Both the position numbers and the translations under genes were made by a program. Below are positions 1-25,680 of a DNA stretch of 64,000 nt, one piece after another; position 1 is the first letter of the stretch; every line of letters starts with the position of its first letter. Source of the DNA: Octopus vulgaris (Eukaryota); NCBI GenBank assembly GCA_951406725.2, contig OX597817.1, forward strand, positions 2,170,001-2,234,000, given 5' to 3'. Below the pieces are notes generated by a model, which saw nothing but the letters and a program-made list of their open reading frames with translations, made no database searches and was not told the origin of the DNA.

Positions 1-310
1 TGTATGTATGTATGTGTGTATGTATGTATGTATGTAAGTATGCATGCATGTATGTATGTATGCATGCATGTATGTATGTATGTATGTATGTGTGTCTGTA
101 TGTATGTATGTATGTATGCATGCATGTATGTATGTATGTATGTATGTGTGTCTGTATGTATGTATGTATGTATGCATGCATGTATGTATGTATGCATGCA
201 TGTATGTATGTATGTATGTATGTATGTATGTGTATGCATGTGTATATACATACGCATAGATATATATGTATACCATCACCTATAGAGGCGTGAATGTGTG
301 TGTGTGTGTG
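1..310. repeat. (TATG)n/(TG)n compound microsatellite
   Basis: Directly visible TATG units with TGCA variants; the MYVC-type ORFs here are artefacts of the repeat. Confidence 0.95.
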
Positions 311-497
311 TTTCTGCAAGACCTACGTTCTACTATAGTACATCATGGGATTCTTTTCATTTCTCCCGCTTCTCTTTGAATTTCTAGTTCGCCAATCAGT
401 TTTTTTCTACCTGTTCCATCGCTTTTCTGCTTTTCAAAATGTCGACCAATTTATTTGTATCATGAAATGTTGCCGACTGAAATATTTAGGATAATAA

Positions 498-569
<72 letters not shown>

Positions 570-583
570 GATAATAATAATAA
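498..583. repeat. (ACT)n followed by short (AAT)n
   Basis: Perfect ACT run preceded by AATAAA. Confidence 0.95.
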
Positions 584-710
584 GTGAAATTTTACAAGTA
601 ATACAAATGGAAGTTAAAAGCAACATGGTATCGTCATTATCTTTTCAATTGCTGAAGATATTTGCGGAACAGGAAGCTAAAGATTTAATTTTCCATAAAA
701 AGCACTATAT

Positions 711-1300
<590 letters not shown>

Positions 1301-1708
1301 ACAGAAGCGTGCGCACCCTCTCACCCACAACCAAACACACGCACGCATAAAACAACACGGCAATGGTTGACTGTAAACTATTAAGAAGCATGCTACAATT
1401 TCAACAATTCTGAATCCGATGAAAGGATTTTCCTCTATTCTCCCTCATGTGCACAAATACCTGTGTAGCTAAAGCCACTCCACAACCATAATCTCATTAT
1501 ACGTTATCGTGGTCTTGTCCTATAACTTCTCGATGATCAAAGCACTGGAGACGAAACTGCAGAAATATCTGGACATGTCGGACTTATCAGAGATGTCGGA
1601 CTGTAACTGCTCTCAATTTCCATCTCCCAACTTAATACCACTGATGGCTATTTTTTGCAGTGTTCTGAGTTTGATGGAGTAGAATATGTGCTGCATAAAT
1701 CGTATTAC

Positions 1709-1820
1709 TACGAAATGGTATCAAAAAGCTCCCGGACTTTTTATTATTATTTTTAGAGTTATTTTTTAAAAATTAAATATAACTAGTCCGGGCCCCTTTT
1801 TTTTTATATCACTTCGAATA
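1709..1820. mobile_element. Short mariner-type MITE relic (~110 bp)
   Basis: tacgaaatggtatcaaaaagctcccggact ... agtccgggccccttttttttatatcacttcgaata form degenerate terminal inverted repeats with TA ends. Confidence 0.5.
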
Positions 1821-1859
1821 CTCAAAGTCTGTTGTTCAGAATATGTATTGTCCTATTTT

Positions 1860-2620
1860 AGATTCTGTTTACTTGAGTCTTGGTATCGTATTTGTGGTTG
1901 TGCATATATTTTTGATCGTATCCTATATCAATTATTATTGATGCTCACTTATTCTCATACACCATAGTTCACATCTTTTCATGTGGATAGGATTGTATAT
2001 TGAAAAGAAAAAGAAAAACAAAAACAAAACGACTTTGCTTTCTTCTGGGTGATGCTTTATTAGATAAAAAAAAAATTCATTATATTTAACTGAGAGGATA
2101 AGTAAAATCTTCTCTTTGTGATTATGATATGTAAGTGGTGCGATCCGATATCTTTATTATTCTGTCGAATCATGTTCTAGATTAAAGTAATCATTTCATT
2201 ATTACATAGATTTAGAACGAGTTGCTGCCATTCATTTTCATTTATTTTATGTATCTTTCAAGATTTCATCTGGAAGTATAAACATATTGATTATCTTGAA
2301 TAACTGGTGAAGTTATTGGATATAGCCTGTCTTGGCAAAGATTGGGCATTCAAACATAAGCTGTTCAATTGTTCGTTTATGCTGAATTCTTCTTTGAAGT
2401 TGACATTAGCTTCTGTTATCTGTATTTGATACTGATCTTCGGTTGTTAAAATCGAACCTTCCATTTTTTTCTTTATCCAGAATTCTTAGCCTGTTGGTTT
2501 TCATATTGATTTATTCCCACCGCCTTTGTCCAGTTTTGCATGATATCGAGAAAGAGACCTTTCTTTCCATTTCTTCACTAATATGTTTTAGAGAACTGGA
2601 TTAAATATATTCTTTTATTC
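1860..2620 (-). mobile_element. Highly decayed R4/Dong-like RLE non-LTR retrotransposon, 3' part
   Basis: Hand translation of the minus strand gives KKWKERSLSRYHAKLDK, EGSILTTEDQ, TIEQLMFECPIFAKTGYIQ and IIIDIG, resembling the WK..LHG / EG.I.AAQDQ / TIEH..SGCP.LA..EY / IIDI motifs; many stops and frameshifts. Confidence 0.5.
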
Positions 2621-3086
2621 TTTAAATATTTGAATGCTTTCTGTGAGTGGGCTGAAACCATTCCAATACTAAAACGTGCTGGGGTATCGCCTTCAAAGAT
2701 TTCATTCACTCATATCGACCTCCTGTTTGTTAGATAGAGATTCATGCAATATGTAACTTAAGCTTTAATGTAAAGGGACGCAACTCGAAAGACAGCATTT
2801 TTTACAAATACAGATACTTGCACAGATCTGAACTCACATACTCATACGGATATATAGATGTTGATGCACATACATCTACATACAGACAACTGCATATATT
2901 TATACATGTATATACATATATAGACACACACACATAGACAAAATACACACCCACACACACACATATATATATATATCGTAATACATATAATACATATGTA
3001 TACATATATAACTATAAAATCATACTGAGTGGAGTATGTTTATGTTATTTCAGTTAGAGTGTAAACATATATGCATACGTATACTT

Positions 3087-3165
3087 TGTATGTATGTATG
3101 TATGTATGTATGTATGTATGTATGTATGTATGTATGTATGTATGTATGTATGTATGTATGCATGT
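3087..3165. repeat. (TATG)n microsatellite
   Basis: Directly visible. Confidence 0.95.
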
Positions 3166-3199
3166 GTGTATGTGTAAATTTATGTATATAATGAGCGAG

Positions 3200-4762
<1,563 letters not shown>

Positions 4763-5318
4763 CTGCTTGCTTCTGTTGTTGAGGTTGTTGTTTGCGGTAC
4801 TGTTGATGCCATCGTCATCATCATCCTCCTCCTTCTCGGCCTCTTTGTTTTTCGGCAAACGAAAACTAATAAACCTAGTCAGATAGAAAAAAAGTAATAC
4901 ACCGTAGGAAGCCGAATTATTTTCAGGATGCTTTGAGGAAATTATATATATGTGTGTGTGTATGTGTATGTGTGCGTGCGCGCGTGTGTATGTATGTATG
5001 TGTGCATGTATGTATGCGTGTATGCATGTATGTATGCGTGTATGCGTGTATGTCTGCACGTATGACAGTCTTTAGTTGGTTTCAGCCATACTGAGACATA
5101 TATGTAGAGGCACAACTACATGTCTGTATTTATCAACATGTGAGTGAAAGGAGATTGAAATATGTGTAATTAGGTTCATGAAAATGTGTGTGTGTGTGTG
5201 TGTGCATGCATATGTGTGTGCATGTGCGGTGTGTGTGATAATAACAGCGTTTATTAAAAAAAAACTAGGCAACAGTTTATTTCTGTTTTTCTCGTTTTGC
5301 AGTCTAGAACATGAATTG

Positions 5319-5360
<42 letters not shown>

Positions 5361-5402
5361 AGCAAGTTATAATTATCATTATATATGTCTATCTATTGTT
5401 GT

Positions 5403-5467
<65 letters not shown>

Positions 5468-5769
5468 TATATACACAAACACAAGAATAGATCGACAAAT
5501 ATAATGCTAATAATAACTTACTGGGATAAATACGTAGATGAGCAGATAGATAAACAGAAATATAGAAAAGAATATAAACAGAGAAACAGACAGACATAGA
5601 CAGAAAGACAAACAAATGGGCAAGGAGATAAAAATATGGATATAAAAATTTAGAATTAATTAAATGGATATAACAAAGACAATTTATAGACAGGAGTAGG
5701 AATGTCTCAGTCTGTTCGTCATAAAGTGATTCCGGGTTCGACCGCTCTATATTGAAACTTTGTTGGGTT

Positions 5770-6831
5770 TACCAATATCTTTGGAATTTCCTGGAACTCT
5801 CCTTGACGGTCTCCTTGTCTAAGTGGGTGAATGCTGCTATAATCCTTGCCTTCAGTTCATCTTTAGTGTTACAAGGAGTTTTGTTGGTCTGTCGTTCAAC
5901 TGTGCCCCACGCATAATCAAACTGGTTGCAGTCTGGGGAGTTAGGTGGCCAGATGTTAGGGGTGATGTGGCCGCAGAAATTGCCATGACTGGGTTCTCCC
6001 GCTTGTGTGGCATAGTGCAGCGTCCTGTTGTCAGACATTAGGTCTTCCAGCAGACACCCTCTTGACCCAGGACAGCACTACCTCTTCCAGGCACTATATG
6101 TAAACCTCCGTTTTGAGTCTGTGAATGGAGGTATAACGTCACCATCACTAGTGATCACTCTAAACTCCATGATGTTGATTTGATGTTTGATTTTTATCAC
6201 TCTCGGTACATGTTTTAGGGACACGGCAAACCAATAGTTGTTCTGGGTGTTCACCATTTGATCCTGGCAGAAATTTTCTCGTCTGAGAAAAACCAAAGCA
6301 TGTTCGGTTGGAGAGGATGCTTGAGTTTGTTCAGAAGCTTCGTAGCGCGGGCTTTCCTCTTGTCCTTTATGGCTTGGGATAAAAATTGGCCCTTTCTCAC
6401 GAGGAATACAGAATGTCTTCATGTACTACCTGACCGATAAGAAACCCAGACACTCCCATGGTCTGATGATGGATCTGATTGACTTGGATGGATCGTTGTC
6501 AATCATGGTCTGGATCTGACCAACAAATTCAGGAGTTCTTTTCTTATCAGAACGATCAGAGTGAGTTACCCCAGCTTCTGTATCTTCGTAATTACCATTA
6601 GACTCATCCAACTCTTTCTAAATCTTCTGCACTGTCCTCAGATTCACACCCAAACACAGCATGTCGTTTCCAAATTTCTGACAGAATGAATTCCATCATG
6701 GTGCTGTTTTTCTCACAGACAATACTCAACTGACTTTGTTATACTGTGTAGTCGACAAATTCAAAAACAAACCATGCACATGCGTGGAATTAAAAATAGA
6801 AAATAGCGACAAATTACTCATCGCATCCCGC

Positions 6832-6834
<3 letters not shown>
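5770..6834 (-). mobile_element. Tc1/mariner-superfamily DNA transposon relic
   Basis: Fragmented minus-strand ORFs: RSDKKRTPEFVGQIQTMIDNDPSKSIRSI (HTH region), ENFCQDQMVNTQNN, WPPNSPDCNQFDYAWGTVER (transposase PxSPDxNPxD motif); TIR-like end at ~6800-6834. Confidence 0.8.
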
Positions 6835-6905
<71 letters not shown>

Positions 6906-7329
6906 CTCCACAGTACTCAGTTTCATAAACGCAGATGTGCGTCTATCGACTCTGGAATGACGAAAGGCTAAATAAGCGTTGACTGGAGATCTCCACGTGA
7001 TTAGAGCTCATTACGCAAAGCGATATAACGAAATGCCGTAAATGTTTTTTTATCTCTCTAACATTTCTGCCATCTGCCGCATTGATTTTTCTTGTCATCA
7101 CCATTATAAGTCTGACACAGAATCCTTCCAATTGCACAAGCGCACAAATCTTTTGGTTTGGCGTAGGTTTGGTTCAATCCACTGTAGTACATAACTCGCT
7201 TTCTCTTTGTTTCTATCTCTCAGCCTCTCTGTTCCTCTCCAACTCCTCTCTCTCACGCCCTCTCCACCCCCCGCTCTCTCTGTCCCTCCTCTCCCTCTAT
7301 CTCTCTCCATCCTTCCTCTCCCTCTTTGT

Positions 7330-7373
<44 letters not shown>

Positions 7374-8396
7374 ACATCGGTTGCGCTGTGGGAAGGATGT
7401 GGGGTTAACTTACAGAATCCTTTTCTTCCAGGACAGTCATTTCCTCTCCATCGCAGAGAAAGAATATGTTACCAAGGGTCTAGCAAAATGTATGGAACCT
7501 GATTGTGATGATGATAATGATGATGATACAAAGTCACTAAACCGATCATAGAAACTTTTTCTTTACAGAAAGGCAAAAGGTATAATCGATCAATCCCAGA
7601 TTTGAACAGTTTATAGAATGTAATTATACTCCGCAATATTTTTACTTATCGTTCAACTGTTTTTTTCTTTTCTTTGCACAGCAGAGCATTTTGTACGACG
7701 CGCTTCATTATTTCTTTAGTAATGTTTCTGCCACATTGCAAAACAACTTTTATAGATTTGTATAAGTCTTTTTTTTATCGAGTCCAGAACGATGAGCCTC
7801 GATAGGATTTGAACTTACAATATAAAAAGTTGCAATTAACACCGCAAACCTATTTTCCTGACGCTGTAAAGATTCTATCGAAGCCCTCCTTCCTTCTGTT
7901 TGTGTGTCTTTGATTTCTTTCACACATCTATGCAACATTCGAGGTTTGTATAAATCTGTTTTATAGGTCCCACACGGATGAACAGGAAAGTCGACATTGG
8001 CGAGACTTAAACAGTGCTGCTCAGTATTTTACTCGGCCGCACACCAGCGCAGCAACCATTAAAGCAGAAAGAGTTAAGTAACTTGGACAAAGACAATTGA
8101 AGAGAACTGATAACAAACTTATACTCCATACTTCAATTCGACCAGTTCTTCTGCTTTTTCTGTAAGATCATAGTAATTCACTTACACACAGTTTGTTTAG
8201 TTTTCGTCGTCTCTCTCTTTCAATATATTTAGCATTTTACCTTCTACTTTCGTTAACTCATTCTGTTGATAATGTGTTGATTCTTCATGCAGAATCCTAT
8301 TAACGCTTAACATCGATCTTATCTGATATTCTATCAGAAAATTACCATATTAAGTATTTCTTAAGAAAAATTCTTTACAGGGTTTAAAAGAGGGAA

Positions 8397-8438
<42 letters not shown>

Positions 8439-9808
8439 AGAAAGAGAGGAAGGTCGTACGTTGAAAGGTTCATACCTTGTTTTCCCAAGTGATTAGTAGC
8501 GTAAACATATGGAAACGGCTATAACTGGATTATCAGCAAATGTAAGTTTAAGGTGAGAGATGTCAGTTATTAGATGGCGGAAGGGTATCAAGTGGCAGAA
8601 GTAACGTGATAAACTTTAATATGCACATATTTGATTTTCTCACTGTTGCGTTATTTATGACTTGATAAGGCGAAATTGAAGATTGCTCCTCTGATGTGTA
8701 ATAATTGATTCTTTGTATTGTTGAGAGAGAATCTCTCTGACTTTGCTTCTCTCTCTCCTTCCATCCCTCCCACTATACATATATAATATGCGAACACACA
8801 AATAACCACGTGTAGGAAGTGTGGATATCAGGATGAACATAGATTTAACAGAAACTCTGCTAGTTCCTTTTCGAAGCAACTCGGCTGCTATTGGTACCAT
8901 TTGTTAACCATCTCTCACCTGAGGTTACACGAATTCTCACGCAACAAGGTGTTATCTCCCGAGCATCGCAACAGGAAGTTCCTGTTAAAGTAGGTTGAAA
9001 GTAGCTGACAAGTTTTAAACTCTTGTTGAAATTCTTTAAGGCTTATCACTCAACTCGTGTGAAGATTACACTTCCAGCTGACTGCAGGGAAGAACCTAGT
9101 CACAAGTAGTCAAGTTTCAATGGACAGAAAAACAATACGTACCAATGTAGAAGTGGAACGGGAAACTCATTGGAAAGACATTTGTTGAAATCATAGTGAC
9201 CGAAAGAGAAAATGGTCGAAAGTCATACTACCAGAAAAAAAAAAGACACACACAAACACAAACACTTTGATATTTAATGTTGATTATATATTTCTAAAAT
9301 GAGAGCAAATATAATTATAAGAAATATTTACAATATCCAAGAGTATAGTCAAGAGTACGGAGGTAATCCTGAATGTTTCTATTTGTATTGTCTAACACCA
9401 ATTCCGTGGAACTGTCTTCGAGGAAATATCACCTTCAAAGCTCTTACGTAAAACGGGAACATTATGGAATAACTGACTGTATGATATAATGTCTAACATA
9501 GAACAAACATTTGAATGTGATCTGACGAAAGAACCAATGCCATGTTTCGAAATCATTATTGATCCTCCACCGGGATGGGCATGCTGGACATATTCCACGC
9601 AAGCAGTTTGAATAGCTCTCTGCAACATTGTTCACGACACTTTTTTTAAAGGATATTTTAATAATAGTCAGCACCATTTGACAAAGTTTCATTCCATTAA
9701 TGAAAAGCGTCCGGGACATGGTCCGGTAGAACAAATAAAAGCACATTCAACGCGTCGCAAGAAAAAGAAAAATGTCTTTATCACTATTCTACTGAATCAC
9801 AAGATTTA

Positions 9809-10508
9809 CTACCTTCATTCATATTTTGCAATTAAGATTGCATTATGCATTTATAAGGTAAAAATCTCTTCAGGGAGAAAACTGACAAATATTCGTTCAC
9901 ATCCTAATGGATGCAGAGGTGCTTACAGACTTAAATAGCAGCATACTTAACACTAAGTTTGTGTTTGCCAGCATTTGTGTCTTTTGGATTCCTTTCTAAA
10001 AATCTTCTGTAATAGCGATGTCTCCTCCTTAGTGGTATCCTTTGGTGATTTCCTTTTCTTATCATTGTAGCTCCCCCCCACCCATCTTAGACATTGAATG
10101 AATTATGTAGTCTTTTCTATTAGGTCCTTCATGTATTCCTTTTTAGGTGGTATGGGAATGTTTTTTATTGATATGTCTGTGTCAATTCTCTCCATTTTAC
10201 TGGTGGTAGCACTTATTTAAACTGCGTATATAACGAGTGTTTACGAAGTTTTGAATGGAAAGAGGTGCTCTCTCACAGGAATGTATTTCATCCAAGGGTA
10301 CACCAGTTTGGCTCCATATCGATTAATATACTTTGGATTTCCTTAATTTGTCTTAATATTAGTGTTAAGATTTTTGAAATTCCAGTCGTCGTTATAGATG
10401 TCTCCATCCATTAGGATGTGAACGAATATTTGTCAGTTTTTCCCCTGAAGAGATTTTTACCTTATAAATGCATAAAGTAATCTTAATTGGAAAATATGAA
10501 TAAAGGTA
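9809..10508. repeat. Inverted repeat, ~110-bp arms (9809-9920 and 10398-10508)
   Basis: ...gcatttataaggtaaaaatctcttcagggagaaaactgacaaatattcgttcacatcctaatggatg is the reverse complement of 10405-10475 with few mismatches; two ORFs share the peptide LCIYKVKISSG.KLTNIRSHPNG. Confidence 0.9.
9930..10390 (-). mobile_element. Penelope-like element, 5' fragment
   Basis: Minus strand reads MERIDTDISIKNIPIPPKKEYMKDLIEKTT*FIQCLRW, matching the S.KNIPIP...LIEK...I.R.RW N-terminus I recall from Penelope-like ORFs. Confidence 0.65.
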
Positions 10509-11339
10509 AGAAATTAAAACGTACGTAGGCGATATGAAATTGAATATTATACAAATAAATAGATATTTTCTATGTTCAAACTCTCCAATTTTCTTATATA
10601 TGTATATATGTATGTATGCATGCATATATGTTTATGTATGTATGCATACACACACACACGTATATATACATATGCATCTATTTATCTATATGTACAAATG
10701 CACAGAAATTCATGTATGTATCTGTCTATCCCCCCCCCACAAAACCACATTTGATTTTCGGTCTACACAGCTCACAGATGGCACGGTTTCACTTTTGCAC
10801 ACTTTGGCTCTACATTTCATTTTGTTAATCTTTACCTGTGTAGATTCTTCACGCCATCGTTTTCGGTTCGCTTTTTCTTCTTCTTTTAATTGTATTTTCA
10901 TTATTATCTTAATTTTCAAAGCTTAATTCAGAAGTATTCTTTATATTTTGTAAAATGGCGTTTCGAATATATTAGTAAATTATTAAACCAATTTCTATAA
11001 TTAGTCAGATTTCACATTTGTCTGCAATATAATTTCAAACCCCACCTCACAATGTTATTTCAGTCCTAATACTCACTGATTATGGTTTTGTCTATGAAAT
11101 TGGAATCACACCCAGAATTCATCGGTGATAAAGTAGAAGGAAAAGTAGTCTTTGAAGTCTAATTGATTACCACCAGAGGGCTTTATAGTCAGGTTTCGCT
11201 CCGCTGATAAGTCGATCCACGTATTTATGAGACTGCATTGCGAAAACGGACCATATTTAGTTTATTTATTCATTTAGCTATTTATTTGTTGATCTTTTCA
11301 TTTATTTATTTATTTATTTATTTACGATCGTGTTTATGA

Positions 11340-11392
11340 AATTGCTGGTAATAATGAGAGTGATGACGATGGTAATCGCGATGGAAGTGTTT

Positions 11393-11427
<35 letters not shown>

Positions 11428-11700
11428 AATGACGACGATGACATTGATGATGGCAATGCTGACGCTGATGGTGACGATGATGAAAGTGATGGTAATGATG
11501 TTGAAAGACTGCGACAACATGATTGCTACCGCAGCTGGTGTTTACAGTACTGAATCTAAGGATGTAATGGAGGGTATGTGAACGGGGTGGTGCGGAATAG
11601 GAAGATAAGTGAGAAGATAAGAACAGAGGCTGTGAAGGTGGGGGATGTTGTAGGGGCAGAAAGAGAAGAAACGATAATAATAATAAAAAGTAAGAACATC

Positions 11701-11764
<64 letters not shown>

Positions 11765-11854
11765 GAATATCAATAATAATAATGATGATGATAATAATAA
11801 TGATAATAATAAAAAGTAAGAATATCAATAATAATAATAATAATAATAATAATG

Positions 11855-11928
<74 letters not shown>

Positions 11929-11965
11929 GATGATGATGATATGATGATGTGATGATGATGATGAT
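11340..11965. repeat. Degenerate (ATG)n and (AAT)n arrays
   Basis: Directly visible. Confidence 0.9.
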
Positions 11966-12442
11966 AATTAGATGAAGAAGATGGAGGAGGAGGGGGAAGA
12001 AAAGCAAAAGAAGAAAGAAAGTGAAGAAGGAAAAAGAAAGGAAAGAAAAGCTTATTGTGTATTGCTGCTGTTTTCTCAATCCGGTTTGAGTAGAGTGTCA
12101 CAATATACGTATCCGCCTGGTAATATAAGCAACATAGGGATAATAAATGATGTAAGGTTTTAGAAACTGTAGACTTATAGTTCTAACCGGCCCTTTTATA
12201 TGTTATTTGCATTTCTTGATAGTATGTTACAATTGAATGAGTTTGAGCGTAGGGAGTGAGAAGAAGTGAAGTGTAACGTTTCAGGTAGGACCCATTTTTC
12301 AAAGAACTCGCTACACCCCCAGAGTTTATTGGCAGACGGCTGATGTCTTCTGGCAATAAACCCTAAAAAAGCGGCAGCTTTCCATGTATCCTTTTTTTAA
12401 AGATATGCACTGATATAAGGTACTTTACAATAATATACAATA

Positions 12443-13064
12443 TAAGTGATTATTCTTTATCTGAATCTCCAAAATCCGAAAACATCCAAACTCCAAAAGA
12501 CTTGTTAATGCTGACGTGACCCGTCACAAATGGAAAATTCTACAAAGTGCTGGGAAGATTCTTCCAAGTACAACTGTTGTGTGTCGATTCTTTGACCTGA
12601 CGTAGTTCTAATATTTTGGGTTACATTTATCTTCAACTTTGTAAGTGATCACGTTTTTAGGGTTTTTTGTACATTAACATCCCAATTTTATCACCATGAA
12701 TGAAACCAACATCAACAATTGTACTTTACCTTAAAAGTAAAATGCTGATTTCTTAAGGTTTCATTTTACCAGTAATCATGTTCAATGCTTTGTTTCAATA
12801 CCTTACATAGAACCTAAAACCTGGTTATTGTAAAAATTATAGTACAAATGATCAACTTGTACTGTAACCTTTTAAATAAAAATATAACATCGTAGGTGGA
12901 AATTGATACCTTAAGATATTTGTATAAAATTACATTCAGGGTCTATGTATAAGCTATATTATGAAATGTAAATCGACTTTAGACTTTGATTCTATATCCT
13001 GTTTCAATTTACAGACGCAAATCCGAAAAATCCGAATCCCTTTCGGATAAGGAATTCTCAACTG
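12443..13064. mobile_element. Tigger/pogo-like non-autonomous element relic
   Basis: Right end ttcggataaggaattctcaactg resembles the reverse complement of left end taagtgattattctttatctgaa; subterminal AAAATCCGAA motifs near both ends. Confidence 0.5.
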
Positions 13065-14161
13065 CATTAAGTATGGCTAAAATGACTTTACTTAACATAC
13101 CAGTTCTATTCTCACAGCACTATCCCAGAAAAAGCTTGCTAAGTGAGCACAATAGGGGAAGCTTTGTTCACTGTCTATAGATTGATATATAAGAATGAAT
13201 GAGGTAACACATACAAATTGTAGAATCATCAATCGAAACTTCACCTTTAATATTCTGTATAGAAGATAAGTAAACGTAGCGACGCCGCTTTCTTTAGATA
13301 TTTAAATCCGTAGAGCGATTTGAGCTTAGCGGCTCAGCTTAATGCTACAATCCGACTGAACGAAATATAACCATCAGACAAAATTGAATAACTTAAACTG
13401 TTTCGTATCTTCCCTGTTTTCAGCGGTGCGGATCAACTTTATCGTTCATTCTTTCAGCGTTATATTAATGAATGCTAGCATTAATAATTGATATAAATTC
13501 GATAAAGTATTCATTCATTAGAGTGGTGATTCGCAGAATCGGCATAGATACCTTAAAATCGTTTCTTACTTTGATTTGCATTCCAATTTAAATCCCAACC
13601 AGTGTGCTTTCATTTTATTCTTCCTTAGTCGATAATTAAGTACCAAACAAGTACCAAACGCGACACTATGGATTATCCACATAAAGAAAATACATCCAGC
13701 ATGATCATATTTCAATGACAGACATCAGTGAAAAAATAAAAGTATATGTGACCTTTTGTTGAAGCATACATTTAAATTTAAAGTGTCTAGACTCCACACC
13801 AATATAGATGCACTCCTTAGAGAATCATTCAACGTGCGTTGTCAGATATTGAGCCAAAGAGTAAGTGCTTTCTGTTAATCAAATTTAATGTTCTATCGGC
13901 AACCAATGCAGACAGAGTAATGTTGGAAACGCATTTTCAGAAATCAAATTCTACGAGTGCTGCCAGGAAAAGTAGTATTATAGTAAGTATACCCTTATAC
14001 CTTTACACTATGAACTAGGTTCCTCTTTGTTTTTTAACTTCTTACACTGTACTAGAATTATTTAAAAAAAATATGAAATAATAACGTTATATATACATAC
14101 TTACATAATACATACATACATACATACATACATACATACACATACATACATACATACATAC

Positions 14162-15603
14162 AAGAATGAAGTCAGCAATTTGGCAGAAAGCTATAAGCCC
14201 ATTACGTACAAACTGTGTAGAAGCTGCCCCAACCAATTCTTCCAGAAACATTGTAGGTGCAACAACAGAGTGAATGATGAACAGGCCGATGGGAAGAATG
14301 GTATGGCGAACAACGAAAAAGCAGCTGGAATTAAAGACAACATATTCAGCTGACATAGGAAAGGCATCAATTACCCATACCCAAGATATGTGTACCAGCG
14401 GTCTTACTATCTGTAGTGTTCCACACAAAGAATGCTATAAATACCCAGGCATTGATGTAAACATATCAGATGAAAGAGCTGTGAATAAAGATACAATGAC
14501 CCGAGAATATTATATCAGACTTAAAAAAATATGGCAGTCGGAGCTCCCCACTTACAACAAGATAATGTTCCACAATGCATTTGAGGCAGCAGTGCTAATT
14601 CCAGCATCTGAGACACTTGACTGGTCTGTATAGGAAATCTACTCCATAGTCCACCTGTTACAGCATGCTGCTGGTGCAGAAGGAGTTAACAAAAAGGTAC
14701 TTGAGAATACTCATGAATTCCGAACAAGAACAGCCAACAAGAGAGAAGAAACCCTACTCCGTATGGAATTACATGGTCATTTCCACCGTGAAACCAACAA
14801 ATTAAAAGACCAAGGAGCATCATTGAGGTGGCTCCAGAAGGTTGATCTAGAAAAGAATGCTGAAAGCCTAATCATCGCGGCTCAGGATCAGGCATTGAAT
14901 AACAACTCAATGAAAAAGAATATATACCACACAAGTGCATCGGACCTCTGCAGAATTTGTGGGAAGAGGGTCGAAAGTGTGACTCACATTGTTAGCGCTC
15001 GTGAAAGTCTTGCGCAGAAAGAGTAAAAGCGTAACACTACAAAGTAGCCCATAACCTCCACTGGGTACTATGCCGTAAGTATGAATATGAAGTTGCGAGT
15101 GTCGGAAATGGCAATGGACGAAAAATGGAAGGCGAAAATTCTCAGGGACTTTGATTTCTAGACAGACAAAGTGTTAGAGCACCGAACGCCGAGTATAGTA
15201 ACTTTTAGGAGGTACAAACAAGAGTGCCTAATAATCGACGTAACAGTGCTAGGAGATCGACAGATCATCATGAACGAAAGAGAAAAAGTTGATAAATATG
15301 GAAACCTGATAATTGAGATCCCTAAGGTGTGGAAGTTACGAGAGTCAAACATAAAGGTTATCCCTATTGTCATCAGAGCATTGGATTCAATACCACCCAA
15401 TCTGAAAAGACATCTGAAAACCTTAGAGATACCTTACAATCTAGATGTATTGCAAAAGTCGGCACTGTTTGGAACTGCACGCATATTGTGTAAAGTCCTG
15501 TCTGTCTGAGGTTTTGTTGTGACTTGATAGACAGTAGAAATTCCCGGTAGACACAACATCTTCAATCAACAACCTCACGATATTTTATACTGTGCGACGT
15601 CTC
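14162..15603 (+). mobile_element. R4/Dong-like RLE non-LTR retrotransposon, internally deleted and possibly chimeric; 3' end abuts (TAA)n
   Basis: KNEVSNLAESYKPIT (RT entry), YKYPGID...EYYIRLKKIWQSEL, LIIAAQDQAL, CRICGKRVESVTHIVSA (CCHC), TDKVLEHRTPSIV..CLIIDVTVLGD..EKVDKY (PD-D endonuclease), LQKSALFGTARIL; stops and frameshifts. Confidence 0.9.
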
Positions 15604-25250
<9,647 letters not shown>

Positions 25251-25269
25251 ATAGGGTTATAATTATAAA

Positions 25270-25680
25270 TGGTTAAAGGAATAACCTGTTATATTGAAGA
25301 GGGTGGTGATAAGTTGGCCCGGCATACGCAGTAGTATGCCGTGGGTGTGATCCCGAAAACGATCGGCAAGGCGATGGCCTTTTCCCCAATATATAATGCG
25401 TCGCTAAACTTGTAGATGATTCAGTGTAAGAGGTTGGAAGACGTTTTGGTAATGTAATATTGTGACTAAGTCCTGGTGATGGTTTTGAATGTAGCAGGGG
25501 GTGTTGCACCGTCGGCGAGCTCACATAAGGTGCCGGTTGTGTGTGACTTGATGTTATGGAGTTACTAAGTAGGAGATGGCCATGGCACCTGTCTTTTTTG
25601 AAGACGAGGAATTGTGGTGCTAGAAAGATCAAAGCGGTTGTAAGTTCAGAAAGTGAAGATGAGATAAGGAAGGACTGGCA
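25270..25680 (-). mobile_element. Decayed Penelope-like GIY-YIG fragment
   Basis: Minus strand IYKFSDALYIGEK / HRLADRFRDH across a frameshift. Confidence 0.6.

Noticed and set aside
7420-7551. Possible exon after a pyrimidine tract (ttttcttccag|gacag)
   Set aside because: No recognisable protein similarity, runs into a (GAT)n repeat, no supporting partner exon
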